A DNA stretch of 64,000 nt, taken from contig CM039008.1 in assembly GCA_017499595.2 (NCBI GenBank), positions 1,054,001-1,118,000 on the forward strand, written 5' to 3'. Each line of letters starts with the position of its first letter. Positions within the stretch are counted from its first letter, which is position 1. A program made the translations under genes and the position numbers. The DNA comes from Psilocybe cubensis. Taxonomy: Eukaryota. The notes below the pieces were generated by a model. It had not been told where the DNA came from. It did not search any database and saw nothing but the letters and a program-made list of their open reading frames with translations. This document shows, in pieces, positions 25,451 to 40,500 of this stretch.

Positions 25451-27632
25451 ATCTTTTTACTCTAGGGTCTTGATTTTCTACAAAGCTTTCCAGAATTTGG
25501 ACATAAAAACTTTATCTTTGTCACAAGTGATAATTAGTGGCAGACTATTTTTGCAATACCAATGTGCAAATAAGTCAGCAGCAACTTGTTCTGCACTTGC
25601 ATTGGAGCACCCTGCAATAATGCAAATGTCGGACCCTAGTCAATTCATTATTGTCAAGATCTGATCAAACCTATCATTTTTGGGCAGAAGACCAATAAAA
25701 TTCATTGCAATATTGTTGCCTCAACCATCTGGGATAGGCAATGGGTGCAGGGGTCCAACCAGTTTTGTTGTAAATGATTTATTGCATTGACAATCCACGC
25801 ATCCTGGAATATAACTTTTTTCAAGGTCAATACACATTTTTGGCCAATAAAAAGAGCTTTTGAGTACTGCATAAGTTTTATCAAAGCCAAAGTGCCCCAT
25901 AGAATTATGGGCAATGCAAAAAATTGATTCTTTCATCAAGCCTGTCTTTGGTACAACCAACCGATCACCAACATATCACAACCCATTATTATTGCAAATT
26001 CCTAGCATTCTTAGTGCTGCCTTTGAGAGCGTCTTCTAAACCCACAAGTCATTTTTGTAGCCATCCTTAATTTTTTGCAACAATTCATTTGTGGCTGCCA
26101 ATAGCAAAGTTGCACAGATAGTGTCCTTGGCCTCAGTGATTTCTAATCATTCCGCAAATTTGGCATTCTTGGCAAGTACTTTAGTTGCTATTCATGAAGG
26201 AGGACCTATCAGACATATATCAGACATGTCCCATCACATGCCTTTAGATACATTAAATATGCCCGCCTGTCATCTGTTCTTCAGTCTCTACCTGGTTATC
26301 CACTCATTGTTGTTGCTTCCCGTCATTTCTTTTGTCATTTCCATCATCTCTGAGTCATCTCCTAACATTAGATAGAGACTTAAAACAACCATACCTCAAC
26401 CTTTTACAACCCGCCTTTATACCTAACAAGAATATCTCGATTTCTTAAAACATGTTATTCAATTTCTTCAAACTGTCTAATACTCCCCTCCACCCAAACC
26501 CTTCTGTGATACCAATTCAATGTAATATTTCCTTTAACAAAGAAGCCAACCAAATTTTTTGTCTAGTTGAAGAAGCCACTGTTTCTTTTGGCTTGATTCA
26601 CAAAAGACTTTGTAAAGTTCTCTCCATTGCTAATCACCCCCTGCGTTTTACTGTTACTATTGAATATTTTCAAGTGCACTCTTGTCTTGATAGACTTGCG
26701 TCCCAACTAGCTTCCGTTTAATTGCATACCTCTGACTATACTTTTTTTGATTCCTTGCCTCACTCTTCAACTCCCAACAGTTTACTTGACTTATGTCCTG
26801 CAACTCCTGATAGCCCGCTGGCGCTTGTCAACTTTGTCCCTGATAATTATCCATCAATCAACCCCAGGTTTTTTATATGTTGTCTTAATGCCAACGGTGA
26901 TTATTCTCCACCTTCTTCCCCACCTTGTTCTATTACATATTTACCTTTCTTTAACCAATAATTGCATTTCTTTTTTCTTAGCATAAATTCGCTTATTTCT
27001 GTTTCTTTTCACTTTTTCTTTCTCTTTGTGCATATATTCCCCCTAAGCCCACATACATTCGCTTGAACTGCAAATTTTAATTATTGTCTTTTCTAATTTG
27101 CACATACATTCCGTTTTTTTAATTATTCTTACTGTTTTGATTGCATACATTCTGTGTTTTTCTTTTTCAATTTGCGTATACATTCCCTTTTAATTACTCT
27201 CGCTGTTTTAATTGTCTGTTATTTCTTACTCTTGCTACTTTTAATTATTTTTGCTTGTTATTACCTTTAACTACTTTTTTTTCTTTCTTCTTTTACCTTT
27301 ATTTTTTTGATGGATTCTCATGGAAAGGGCCGCGCAGCAGATAATAACACTGCTAACACTGCCGCATCTGGCGCTAACACTGCCAATGCTGGTTTGTCCA
27401 ATGTCCCTAATGCTACTTTGGTTCTATCTGTACCTCCTATTCTACCCGTATTTCCGGTTTCCATGCCTATCAATCTCAATACCCAACCTTTCTTCAATTT
27501 TTGCTACGCCTCCGGCCCCAACGTTTTCTCTAGCCAGGATTTTTGGCGTCAAAGGAATCCTTATCAACCTAATTTTGCACTATAGTACTACCACTACCAC
27601 CCTCTGTCAATCCCAATATTCTTGCCATGCTT

Positions 27633-29483
27633 CACTAGTACCTACCACTTTTTATAATAAAATATAAGTAGATGCTAGCAGCCTTATATCTTTCTAGCCA
27701 AGGGATAATTAATATGAAATCCTAATGACAAGTTATGATATGAATTAAATTTTTTTTTTTCATTCTTGTCAGACAGATTTATTATATTTTGCCATAAATT
27801 TATCATATGTAGATAGATATTAGATATAGAAATTAATGATATATATTATTAAATATATGGCAACATTATGATATAGAATGATATGAAAATTATGATATAG
27901 GATCTATTAGACAGATTTATCATTATTTTCCATAGATCTATCATTTTTTGCCATAAAATATATCATTAGCAAATGATATATTCAAGAACTCATCAAAGAC
28001 CCAGATGGATATTGGCTTTTATTTATGCATTGTTTATAGTCACCTCTTTGGCCTTTCTCCAAGATATATTTTGACATATCTCAGCTCATACTCATTAGAT
28101 TTCCATGAGTCTATATACTACAAATAGATGTCATTTGAGGCTACATAGCTGTATTATATTTGTATTTTTTGAATGTTGTCTTGCCCATCATATCTCACTT
28201 TTTTGTTATTTTTAGACAATATTGCATATTCTTCTTGTACCATCTTGTGAAGCATTTTGGCTGTTTAGCACTCTGAATATAATATGTAGAGGATGTTAAT
28301 GGCTATCCGTAGATATATAATATGTGCATTTTGGTGAAGAATAAGCAGTGATATACTAATATTTTAATGGAAACCCAACCTCTTCTTTCTATCCCATAAT
28401 AAAATATACAAATTCTGGAGAGGATGGGGGGTGGTATCCTTAAAATTTAGAGTTGCATCAAGATTATAGGCTCTAAGAATTGGTATAATAGGTGCCTACT
28501 CAGCCCCAGTTAGGCCTAAATGTCTCAGATCAGAAAGGCATTTATACAAGGAATAGGGGTGGGAATTGGGTGCATATCCTAATTCAATAGGTTCTGCTGC
28601 TCCAATTAAGCTGAAACTTGGCATGTATTCTGTCTAACATAAATAGAAAATAATGGCATAGTCAAAAGGGTGCATACCAACCCCTGGAGGATGCTATTCA
28701 AGGTGCGCTTTTTGGCCAAAACATTGTACACTTAATTGCACAATAATGAGTAAAGATATTGCAATTCTAATTTCAGATTCGGATTGGGACACTTTAAATG
28801 TATAGGTCTACTAAAAGAGATTAAGGGAAACGGTCCAGAAATGCTCCCAAAAGTGCCCAATCCATTGCTAGCAATGCCCAAAAATAGCATAGAATGAGCA
28901 TTATTTATAGACCCAAGGGCTGAGATCAGAATGTCTATTTAATAATAGTTTTGATAAAGCTGATGGCAGGATCCAGAATTAGCCAGGGTTCCTGAATTGA
29001 TGGCATCATATCACAAATAACCAAGCACAGATAAGATACATGCTTATATCTAATCAAACAGGAATGAATGATCTCATTCCATCATGTGGTAACCTACAAG
29101 GAATGATATGATCTAGCATTTATTGCATTTCTATAGACTACAGTGACCCTAATGATTTCGCTTCAGAGTATGGTAGCTTACAAGCAATGATATCATATAA
29201 TATTTACTACTCTTCTGTGATTTACAATGATCTTAATGATCTGATTCTAGAATGTGGTAGCTTACAAGCAACTTTATGATATCTTATTGACAAATTACTA
29301 TAGATTACAAGCCTTTTAATGATTTGGAATTACTTAGCTGTGTTACAGTATTGAAAGATATATCATTTAGCTATAACTTACAGCAATAATCCATGATTTC
29401 ATATTATTAAAACGTGGTGAAAATGCACATTGCCATATAGGCATTCAGCACGTTATGATTGATTTAAGTGGCAGCTACTAGTG
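27633..29483. mobile_element. Non-autonomous CACTA-like DNA transposon inside Gypsy B gag
   Basis: TIRs CACTAGTA(C/G)CT(A/G)CCACTT at both ends; AT-rich interior with subterminal repeats (GATAT motifs; GGTAGCTTACAAGCAA x2); flanks CTT/CAT give only an imperfect TSD. Confidence 0.72.
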
Positions 29484-31602
29484 CATGCCGTGCGATATGT
29501 TAGTGTTGACAGTAGATATTTGGGAAACACTTCCAGAGTTTGCTAATGTTGCACAAATGTATGAGAACTTCAAGGCTGCGATTTTGATATTATACCCTGC
29601 AGCAGATGATCAGTACAGGTATTTGTTGGATAACATGGACCTACTCATTGGCACTCGCCAACGTTTGGGTATTCAGTTGCTTGCAGATCTTGCTCAATAT
29701 CACTCGCAGTTTATCATGATTACAACCTTCCTCAAAGCAAAAGGTTTGCTCTCAGACCTTGAGCAGAAGTGTGCTTATGTTTGTGGCTTCCCACCCATGC
29801 TTTGGACACAAGTCTCGCAACATCTCCAACTCAAATACCTAGACCACCTACCAGATAGACCCTACGAGATTGTTAACATCCAAGTGGCCGCACATTTATT
29901 CTTCATGGCACCCACACTACGCTAGTCAATGCAGTCAACCCCTCTCCACCTCCAGTCGTCGCCAAGGCATCCATCAAGACAGAGCAACTCAGTGACATTC
30001 TTAACAAGTTCAAAAAGTCTATTGTGGATGCGCTAGCCGCTTCTGCAACTTGTCCTCGCTATGGAGCATCGTCCGACGCTAGACCATGTGATTTGAAGTG
30101 TAACTTCTGTGGAAAGGATCATTTCATTTGCAATTGCAAACTGGTGAATGACTACAAACCCGCTGGCAAGGTAAAGCGCAATGCGGACAACAAGGTCATC
30201 CTCCCTAGCAGAGCCTTTGTTCCAAGCAGTATCCCAGGTAATTTGCTAAAAGATAGCATGGACAAGTGGCACCGTCGCAATCCAGGACAGCTGGGAGTTG
30301 CTACACTGTCTAATACAATGTTGGATACTGTTAGTATGCTTCTTGTTGTTTCTCAGACGCCTGCATTAAGGAACACCATTCAGCAGTTCACTCTGTCAGA
30401 CAGGATTGCTCTTGTGGAAGCAGAGCTGTTTGCATTGCGTGCACGTTAAGCTGGCAGTCAATCACACATCTGCACCCATGCTCAGAAGGCTCATGAGGCA
30501 GAGAACCCAAATATCTTGCCAGAAAACGCTCCAATCGCCCCCGTACCATCATCTCAGTCATCCCCCATGCCTCAGCCATTGCATCACATCAAGCCAACTG
30601 GAAACGCTGCCAGCAATGTGTCCACCACAGCCCCGGTCAACATCGGGCCTGAGCACCCTTTCTGCAATGTTAAAGACGCTTCCTACCTGCCCCCACAGCA
30701 GAGAAACATTGCTGCATTGCCCAAGCCTGCTCCCAAGAAGCCTGAGTCTGCATATTGCACTTCTGTGCCAATCCAAGACACTACCGTCACTTCCACAATT
30801 TACAATCATTTGCTTGAAGCACCCATTACCTTGACACAAAGAGAGCTGCTCAGCATTGCTCCCGATGTGGGTGTGCAGTATTGTGAAGTAACGACAGCTA
30901 AACACAGTGCAAACACGGATGTGACGCAAGGTATTGCGTATCTTGAGGAGGACAGGAAGCACAAGCAAATGTACAACCTCACGCACTTGTTGCCAGAGTC
31001 GGTTCCCATTGTACCAAGTCAGCATTGCTCTCCTCCAGCTGGTGCACTTATTATTTCAAATCCAATCAAACAGTACTATCGCTCGTTGCGTCTTGGCGAG
31101 GAGCCTGATTCTAATTGCATTCTTGTGGCCAAGGACTCAGCTGCGCAGCGTGCCATTCATCCCATTATTGATAACTGCCTCAAGGTCAAGTGTATCCTCA
31201 ATCCTGGGTGTCAGGTAATTGCAATGTCAGAAAAAGTGTGCCATGCACTTTTGCTTGTATATGGTCCCTTGATCACCTCAAATTTCCAGTCAGCAAATGC
31301 CACTTTTAATCGCTCATTAGGCTTGGGATGTAACGTTCCATTTTGCATTAGTGATCTTACCATTTATATGCAATGCCATATTCTTTGTAACGTTGCATCC
31401 TTTTGACATACTGACGGAAAGCATTGTGCAGAACTTCAGCAATGAAAACCAGACTATCACCATTCGCGACCCAAATACAGGTCAAGTTGCCACAGTTCCC
31501 ACAGTACCGCGAGGTGTGTTGCCTTGTATACATGCACACAGGCATAAACACGAGGATTTTTACGTATTGAGGGGTTAAGCGCCGACGTCCTAGGCCTTAT
31601 GA

Positions 31603-32140
31603 TCAAGTGTTTAGCAAAAAAACTGTTCGAATGACTTAGCAAACTGTATATGCTCCTGTTTGGTCAATTCTTGGAAAAATCACATGATCAGTGTGCCATC
31701 CTTTAGCTAATACCCTCTAGTATACCTGTGAATAATCTCATATTTTTAACATTTTTAATTTCAAAATTATAAATTAATCTTTTTATATGTGACCAACACT
31801 CGAACGGTTTTTTTGCCCACTGTAGCTATTATATACCTATTCAACATGTAGTCACATGATTTTATTGATAGTTGTTTGGTATATCAACAAAGTCATGTGA
31901 TAATACATAGTTTATAGCATTTAAATTACTAGCAAAAAAACTGTTCGAATGACTTAGCAAATTGTGTATGCTGCTGTTTGGTCAATTCTTGGACAAATCA
32001 CATGATCAGTGTGTCATTCTTTAGCTAACACCATATAGTATATCTATGAATAATTTCATATTTTTAACATTTTTAATTTCAAAGTTATAAATTAATCTTT
32101 TCATACGTGACCAACACTCAAACGGTTTTTTTGCCCACTG
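31603..32140. mobile_element. Tc1 remnants: right TIR (31603-31822) joined at a TA to the reverse-oriented left end of another copy (31823-32140)
   Basis: Homology to 62115-62334 and to the reverse complement of 60730-61047; both end CACTG|TA. Confidence 0.88.
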
Positions 32141-32142
32141 TA

Positions 32143-32912
32143 TCTGGGGGCAAGGTACGTGTATTCATTGTGATGTTTCCTTCTCAAACTAACATTATAT
32201 AGACCTTCTTTTAACCAAAACAAGGTAGTAGATTATACTTTTTCAGTAAGTAATAGATGATTCTCATTTGGTGCTCATTAGTACTCACCATACACTAGGA
32301 CCAACTATTTTGAACACTTGGATGAAGGGTCAGTAATTTAGTCTCTATTTAGTGTGCTTTACACTGCTAACATTACTTGTGAAAGGTTACGGACACCCAA
32401 ACACTTGGATACAGACTTGAAAGTACGTACATGTAAGTATATGCGCTTTTTATTGATTTTTGATTCATCTTTTAATGCATATATCTTGGTCCTCCATTGC
32501 CCGTACTACTTCAGCTGTTCTGAATGCTTGAAGCTGCCTTTTCCCATGCGTCTTCACCATTCACATCTTCTTTGTATCATTGAGTGTAGGAATTGTCAGC
32601 TTCAGGTTCTGTTTTGGTGTTGAGGGTCCGGAGCCGTGCACGCTAGCATGTGGGTTCAATGTGTCTTATATAGTTGTACTATTTTTATGAATAAATAATC
32701 TATTTTTCATTATGATTTTTATGTGCTCCAAAAGGCATTACAATTGCAATACCCAGAAATATTGTAAACCTCAAATTAATTTATTTACACTGCAATATTT
32801 CCGGTTTCTTACAATATTTCAAGAGTATTGTAATGCAGTGCAAGAATTTCAAAGAAAAAAATATTTTATTGGGTTTGTAATGGTTTGTAATCTACCCACA
32901 CTTTTTATGATG
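32143..32912. mobile_element. Right-end fragment of a CAT…ATG-ended DNA element
   Basis: End GGGTTTGTAATGGTTTGTAATCT…TTTTTATGATG|TA resembles 54778-54821; left boundary uncertain. Confidence 0.55.
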
Positions 32913-35900
32913 TAGAATATAGACACTTAGATACAATGGACTCTGATTTCAACATTCATTTACTCTCAAATTTTGATCCATATTCTTTTAAATCTTACTC
33001 TAGCATACATTCCTTTGCAACGGACACTGTAGACACACCTTACACTTCTTTGAACACTTCATTTTATGCACTCTTGGATTCTGTTTTGGACTTTAATTAT
33101 TCCTATGATTCTTCTTTGTCTGAACATTCCCTTTCTATTCTTGCTGCCACCAAGAAGAAGTACAAACCGGTTGCTTGTAGGACTCGTCCTGTGTATGGAG
33201 AGCTGCCTGAGAAATACCGCATTGTGTGGGACATCAAAGGCGATCCTCTTGCAACACTTCCATTGCTATCCCCACACCCACCTCCTTTCACTCCAACGAG
33301 TCACTACACAGAGGACCAAATGAAGCTTTTTGATGCCGCACACCATCCTGGGTTTTTGTGGCCAGCTGAGCGTAATCTAATGCACCATTTTATGATGCTG
33401 CACCAGGATACCTTTGCCTGGAATGACACAGAGCGTGGACACTTTAGGGAAGATTTCTTTCCTTCAGTGGAGATGCCCATCGTACCGCATAAGCCATGGA
33501 TTGTCTGTAATTGCCCCATTCCGCCAGAAATCTATGACAAGCTTTGCAAGCTGCTCCAAAAGAAGCTTGATGCTGGAGTACTCGAAAAATTGTGCGCTTC
33601 TTACCGCGGCGGTTGGTTTGCAGTCATCAAGAAGGATGGCCATTCATTGCGTATTGTACAGTCATTAGAGCCGTTAAATGCAGTGACTATTGCACACTCA
33701 GGTGTGCCTCTGTTTACTGAGCAAGTTGCAGAGCAGTTTGAGGCTCTAGCTTGTGTCGGACTCCTTAATTTATTTGTTGGATATGACAAACGTGCGCTGG
33801 CTGAATCCAGACCCCTTTTGGTACTCTCCGTTTGACTATCCTGCCAATGGGTTGGACAAACTCTGTCCCTATCTTTCACAATGATGTTACCCACATTCTC
33901 CAGCTGGAAATCCCTCATCTCACTGTTCCATACATTGACAATGTACCTATTAAGGGACCTCGCTCGCATTATATTTTGCCTAGTGGTGACTTTGAGACTA
34001 TACCGGATAATCCTGACATACATCGTTTCATGTGGGAGCACTTTCAGGGCTTGAATCGTATAGTGCAGCACATAAAGTACTCTGGAGGAACTTTCTCTGG
34101 CCTCAAATTGATTTTCTGCACGTCTGAAGTCACTATTTTAGGCCACAGGTATACGTATAAAGGTTGTTTACCTGACCTATTGCGTGTAGCAGCAATATCA
34201 AACTGGAGACCATGTAATGACCTCTCAGACGTGTGTAGCTTCCTTGGTACCATTGGTGTATGTTTTATTTTCATTCGCAACTTTGCTCATCATGCACATC
34301 ATCTGGTCAAGCTCACACGTAAAGGATATGAATTTGAATAGGGTCAAGAACAGACTATGGCTCAAGAGAATCTCAAGATAGTGCTCCTATGCTCACCAGC
34401 ACTTCGCCCAATCGATTACATGTCTGACGCACCCGTCATCGTCGCAGTGGACACATCTTACATTGCTGTTGGGTACCTCCTTGCTCAATGCAACCCAGTA
34501 AACCCTAAAGTTTGATATTTTGCACACTTCGGCTCCATCACACTGAATAAACGCAAAGCTTGTTATTCGCAACCTAAACTCGAGCTTTATGGGTTTTTTT
34601 TGACACTGCAAGCACTTAACATGTACATCATTGGCATTAGGAACCTTGTGGTTGAGGTAGATGCAAAATATATCAAGGGAATGCTTGCAAACCCTGATAT
34701 TGCGCCATCTGCGAGTATCAACCATTGGATATGCGCGATTTTGATGTTCCACTTCAAACTTGTGCATGTTCTGGGTACGCACCACAATCCAGATGGGTTA
34801 TCACGACGGAAACTGCAGCCAGGAGACAAACCAGAGCCAGATGACAACTTCAACGATTGGATTGATCAGGTGCATGGTTTTATGCATATAATCAACCCCA
34901 TCACTCTGCACGTCTTGGTTCAACCACCTCTCATCATCTACACATTGTCCATAGAGCCTAAATCATCTAATATGGATGAGCCCCCACTACTTGAGTCCCC
35001 ATCACTGGCAGTGGATGAGTCTCTTCCCTATTCCCTAATCCCTTGTTCTGACAACGCACTAAAAGCTGATAAGCATGTATTGCTAGTTTTCCAGTGGCAC
35101 AGTGAGCTGAAACAACCCGATAGCATGCCAGACAGCAAGTATGCAAAGTTTTTTTGCTACTGCACCAAGTTCTTTGTTGACTCCGACAGACTTTGGCATA
35201 AGGATACTTGTGGACAGCATAGGCTAGTCATTTGGGTACCTCGTCGTATGTTCTTGCTCGCTAAAGCACATGACAAGGTGGGACATTATGGCTTTTATGT
35301 GATGCATGCACTGCTTGCTGAACACTATTGGTGGCCTGTTATGGGTTTTGACGTTGTTTGGTATATTTGTACTTGTCATTTATGCCAACTGCGACGCACA
35401 CAGAATGTTTTAATTCCGCCCACTGTTGCAACACCCGCACCTTTATTTGCCAAGGTTTACCTCAACACCATGCATCTCCCACCTGCGGGCAGCTTCAAAT
35501 ATATCATCCAGGGTTGCTGTAGCTTAATTCATTTTGTTGAATGGACCATGCTGCGTCGCGAGACAGGCAGGACCGTTGGCGAGTGGATTTTCCACAACTT
35601 GATATGCTGATGTGGTACTTTGGTCAAGCTTATAACGGACAACGGACCCCTGATTGTGAAAGTGATTAAGTACCTTGCAAAGAAGTATCACATCGTTCAT
35701 ATTTGCATTTCAGAGTATAACTTGCGAGCAAATGGGATTGCAGAACATCCACATTTTGATGTGCGTCAAATAATGTTCAAGGCATGTGGAGGAGATCAGG
35801 ACAAATGGCCGCGCTCTGCGCTATATACTTTCTGGGCGGATTGGGTAACTATTCGGCGTCGTATGGGATGTTCTCCATACTTTGGCTTGACTAGAACACA

Positions 35901-36812
35901 GCCGCTTTTCCCCCTTGACATTGCAGAAGCCAATTATCTCCTTCCACCCCCTGACAGTATTCTTTCTACCACAGATTTGATTTCCAGACGCGCTGTGGCG
36001 TTGTCTAAGCATTGTGAGGACCTTGAGAACCTGCATTCAAAGGTGTTTGAGGCTTGTGTAGCTGCGGCGGTTCGATTTGAGCACGAAAATGCCAATACCA
36101 TTTGCAATTACGACTTCAAGCTAGGGGATTTGGTCCTTATACGCAACACACACATTGAGAAGTCTCTCAATCACAAGATGCGTGCGCGCTATCTGGGACC
36201 TCTCATAGTAGTGTCACGCAATTGTGGCGGTGCATACATCCTTTCTGAGCTCGATGATACCCTCCTTCATTGCCCAATAGCCACCTTTCAAGTATGTAAT
36301 ACCCTATTTTACTCATTAAAATCTTGATCTCCCCCCACTCAATGAATTATTCGATGTGTCCATGCGCCGACTGTGCAAGATTGAAGAATCTACTGCGCCT
36401 GACCCAGAGCTTGAGGAAGATGACCCCTTTGTGGATCCTGAGCACAATGTGGACTGATGCGAGTACGCATTTCAGCAAGGAGGAGTTATTTTTCTTCTAT
36501 ACTTGGACACCTTTTCTTTCATTTTCACAAACATTTTCTCTTGCTATTGTTTTCTTCGTCACTCCCTAAATCATATTTAATTTTGTACCAATGCATTTTT
36601 TAAGTTTTTCAACTCGTTTCTGCCTGATACGTTTTGCCTTCTGGTTTTACACATTCTTTAATTCTATTCACAGCTCCAAGACATTTGATACATTCCTTAC
36701 ATGTTCCAGTTTATTTTCAACCTTACATTTACTTTTGCGCTTCATTTATACTTCTATGATTTTCTAATTACAACGCTGACTGAGGACAGTCAGGATTTCA
36801 GCGAGGAGAAGA

Positions 36813-37573
36813 TGATAAGCTGTGTCGCACTACGAGTGCGCGCACACAAGTGCACATTCTCATGACTGCACATTCCCACGATATGCCGCGCAGGGCATTG
36901 ACCATCGACCTCAATATTCATAACATCATCCCACTGCGCCAACTAGACCATTCTCAATTTGAATTATATTACCTTTAACACCTTTAGCTTCACCTTCTAT
37001 TGTGTGCAACACGCCTCCTATCAAGCCTCATGGAGTAGGCAAGACCTTCCCACATTTTGACTTGTTCCCACGCCTAGGCGTCGCAATCAACTTAGTGAAA
37101 AATACAAATTTGGGGGCTTTTTTCAGCCTTACCCTTCAAAAACAACTCCTATTCCACAGCTTCTCATGCATTCTATAGATTTCTATTTCCTCTTTCGTAA
37201 TGGTAGTGTTAGAACCACTTAGCATACACATCCTAGGCAAGTAGTTTAGTTTTGGCCCCTCAGAGCATCATTCCCCACCCAAATAATAGATTTTTGCAAA
37301 TTCATCATTGATTTTACTGTGTCTTCCTGTGTTGTTTCAAACTGCATTTAAGTATACATTATATTGTGTCCACCAGCATTGTTCCCAGCTGTCAAAACAG
37401 TCTACATTTTGTCCTTACCCCTATCAACAACTCCCTAGTCACCTGTGGTTAAGCAGGACTTTGTGAAGCAACCCGCACAAATCAATGCATTTTGCACGAG
37501 TGTTTGGGTGTTCTAGGCACTACTCATTTTGTATCTCGGTCTCTCCATGCCCATCACGCTCGTCAGCGTATCA
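36813..37573 (+). repeat. Gypsy B 3' LTR (~761 bp)
   Basis: Follows PPT GAGGAGAAGA; TGATA/TATCA terminal inverted repeat; host RNase H (RPIAF) resumes after it. Confidence 0.75.
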
Positions 37574-40500
37574 GCGCCCAATTGCATTCTTGTTGAAAGA
37601 CCTCAGCAACACTAAACACAATTATGAGATTCACAACCACAATCTCTCTATTATGTGTGGCCTTACCGACTGGCAACATTACCTATACAGGTGCAATACT
37701 CCTGTTGAGATCCACAGCAACTATAAGAACCTGCAGTACTTTATGACTGCGCAAAAGCTCAACCATTGTCAAGTCCAGTGGTCCTTGGAATTAGCTGAGT
37801 TCAATTTTGTCCTAATTCACAGACCTGGCTCTACAATGATCTGCGCAGATGCTCTTTTGAGGCACCCTGATCACGATAACAGATGGCACAATAATAAGAA
37901 CATAATGTTGCTAAAACCCAAACACATCAGGCGCACCTCTGGCTTTGCGTTTGTCAACTCTCTATTTGTCTCCAAGATCTCATTCTATAAAGACATCCTC
38001 GACACTGCCTGGCTAAAGTACAAGAACCTACGAGGCTGGACTTACAATAATGGCATCCTCTATTGGTTTAACCATATCTTTGTACCCAATAGCAACAATC
38101 TCCGCAAGTGTATCCTGCATGTAAACCATAATTCTCCAACTACAGGCCACCCTGGCTATGCAAAGATGGTTGAGCTTGTGCAACGCAACTTTTGCTGGCC
38201 TTTTCTCTCACGGGATGCCAAGTGGTATGTTGACGGCTGCGTACACTGCCAGAAGTGTAAGCCTATTTGCCAATAACCTTACGGCCTGCTTACACCAAAT
38301 GAGATCTCCACCGGTATCTGGGAAATTATTTCCGTTGATATGATTGTTGACCTGCCCATGTCATGAGGGTTTGACTTTATACTGGTTGTCGTCAATTGGT
38401 TCTCTAAAATGGTGAAATTAATGCCTTGTAAAAAGACGCTAATTGCAGATGGCCTTGCTAAGCTCTTCCGTGACAACATTTAAAGGAACTATGGATTGCC
38501 AAAGCACATAATCTCTGACAGGGGTTCTATTTTCTTGTCTAACTTTATGTGTATACTCAATTTTTTGTTAGGGATCTTTAAAAACCCTTTAACCATGTTC
38601 TACCCCCAGACCAACAGTCAGACGGAGTACATAAACCAGAAGGTTGAGCAATACCTACAAATCTTCATTAATATGAGGCAGAATAACTGGGCTAAGTAGC
38701 TGGCATATGCCAAATTTGCCCTTAACAACAAGGTCAGCAGTACAACCAGTTACTTACCGTTTTTCCTCAACTATGGCCACTACCCGGTGAGAGCAATGCA
38801 GCCCATGTGCACCCCTGACTCTTGTGTCTCCTATACCAACAAGTTTGCTGCCCAACTTGCTGACTTGCGCACTGACATGTCCGCCATCTTGACTCTTGCT
38901 GCCAAGGCCATAAAGCAAAATTACGACTGCAAGCACTTGCCTACACCCCTTTTTAATGCTGGCAACTCTGTACTCCTCAACGCCACCAATATTAAATCTG
39001 CCCGGCCCTCCAAGAGGTTTGACGCTAAACAATATGGCCCTTTCAAGGTTGTCAACTATGTTGGCCTCCAGTCATACCATTTTGCTCTGCCTAACCCTTG
39101 GTGGATTCACAACATATTCCACATCTCAAAACTCTCATCATTTGTCAACGCCGCCTTCCCTAACTAACCCAAATCTACTAGCAATGCCACACCTTTGCCT
39201 GCTCTTGCAAATCCTGCCGTTGCACAAGTGCTTGACCACCGTAAGCTCAGGAGTGGCACTCAGTACCTTATCTCCTTCAAGGGCACTCGGCCTGAAGATG
39301 CCATTTGGGTCACACAGCCAAACATTTTTGACCCCAATAAGCTCATTGATATCTACAATGCGACCAATAGACTCTGATTTGCCTAGTTTTTTTCTTTTCC
39401 TTTCATATTGCTGTAGTCATTTGTAGTATATTTTTATCATTCTACTTTGTCTGCAGCAAGCTTTTTTCCACTAGGTTTTCACACGGCTGCAAATAGATTG
39501 TATACCTAGGATATTGTAGCTATTCTTTTTTTCCCTTTTTTGCCTTTTGTTCTGTAGAGGGGAGGGTTTTTTTTGTGAGGGGGTGATGTCAGACATACAT
39601 TAGACATGTCCCATCACATGCCTTAGATACATTAGACATGCCTGCCTGTCATCTGTTCTTCAGTCTCTATCTAGTTATCCACACATTATTGTTGCTTCCT
39701 GCCATTTCTCTCATTGTCTCCATTGTCCCTGAGTCATCTCCTAACAGGAGCATTCACAGAGAAAACAAAACAGATTGCTTCTCTATCTACTTCTGTATGC
39801 TCTATGGAAGCATTTTCAAATATTACATATGATAGGACATCTGCTACTGTGTTGTTTTCACCTTTCACATAGACAATACTTGTATTGTACTGGGTCAGGA
39901 ACTCCATTCAGTGCAGCTGCTGGCATGACAGATATTTCTGCAAGTTAAAATTTTCAAGTGTCTTGTAGTCTGTGTAGACCTGGAAAGAAACTCCAAGAAG
40001 CTCTGACTGCCATTTTTTGAGTGCATTTATTATAGCGCACATTTCTCATGTACCTGGTAATTCAATTAGGCATCTTTTAAAGTCTTTGATTCAAAAGCAA
40101 TAGGCCGTGCAGACACCCAAGAAGTGCCAAAGCTCAGTACAGCCCCCATAGCATAGTTTCTAGCATCTGTTGTGACATATATCTTATATTCAGGCATTTT
40201 TTTGTAGTCAATAATAGTCAAACATTCCCTGCTTGCAACAATGTTTTTAATGCTTTGAAATGCCTCTTCATGCTTTTTTGACCATTCTAGAAACTTTTTG
40301 ATAGCAACAGGTCTCTGTAAATCTGCAAAAACATGTGTGTGCTTGGCAAGTTTTGGCAAGAAACCTATGAAATATCTTGTCAACCCTAGAAAGAATTTAA
40401 CATCTGATGTAGACTGTGGCTATGGCTAATTTTCAATCTTAGTCGCTTTTGACTGATTAGCTTCAATTCCCTACTCGGACAACTTATGACCCAGAAATTT

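Larger units (their letters stand above)
27000..37573 (+). mobile_element. Decayed Gypsy B (architecture similar to Gypsy A); 5' LTR missing
   Basis: gag 29485-30449 (CNFCGKDHFICNC), protease ~31200, RT-RH-IN 32936-36327 (YIDN, VAVDTS, ITDNG); PPT then 3' LTR TGATA…TATCA at 36813-37573; 5' boundary approximate. Confidence 0.85.
26207..39746 (+). mobile_element. Chromovirus-type Gypsy C with ~160-bp LTRs; PR/RT region replaced by nested Gypsy B
   Basis: LTRs 26207-26367 and 39587-39746; TSD GGACC/GGAGC; PPT GAGGGGGTGA; RH-IN 37575-39167; chromodomain-like VLDHRKLRSGTQYLISFKG…AIW at 39195-39377. Confidence 0.85.
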
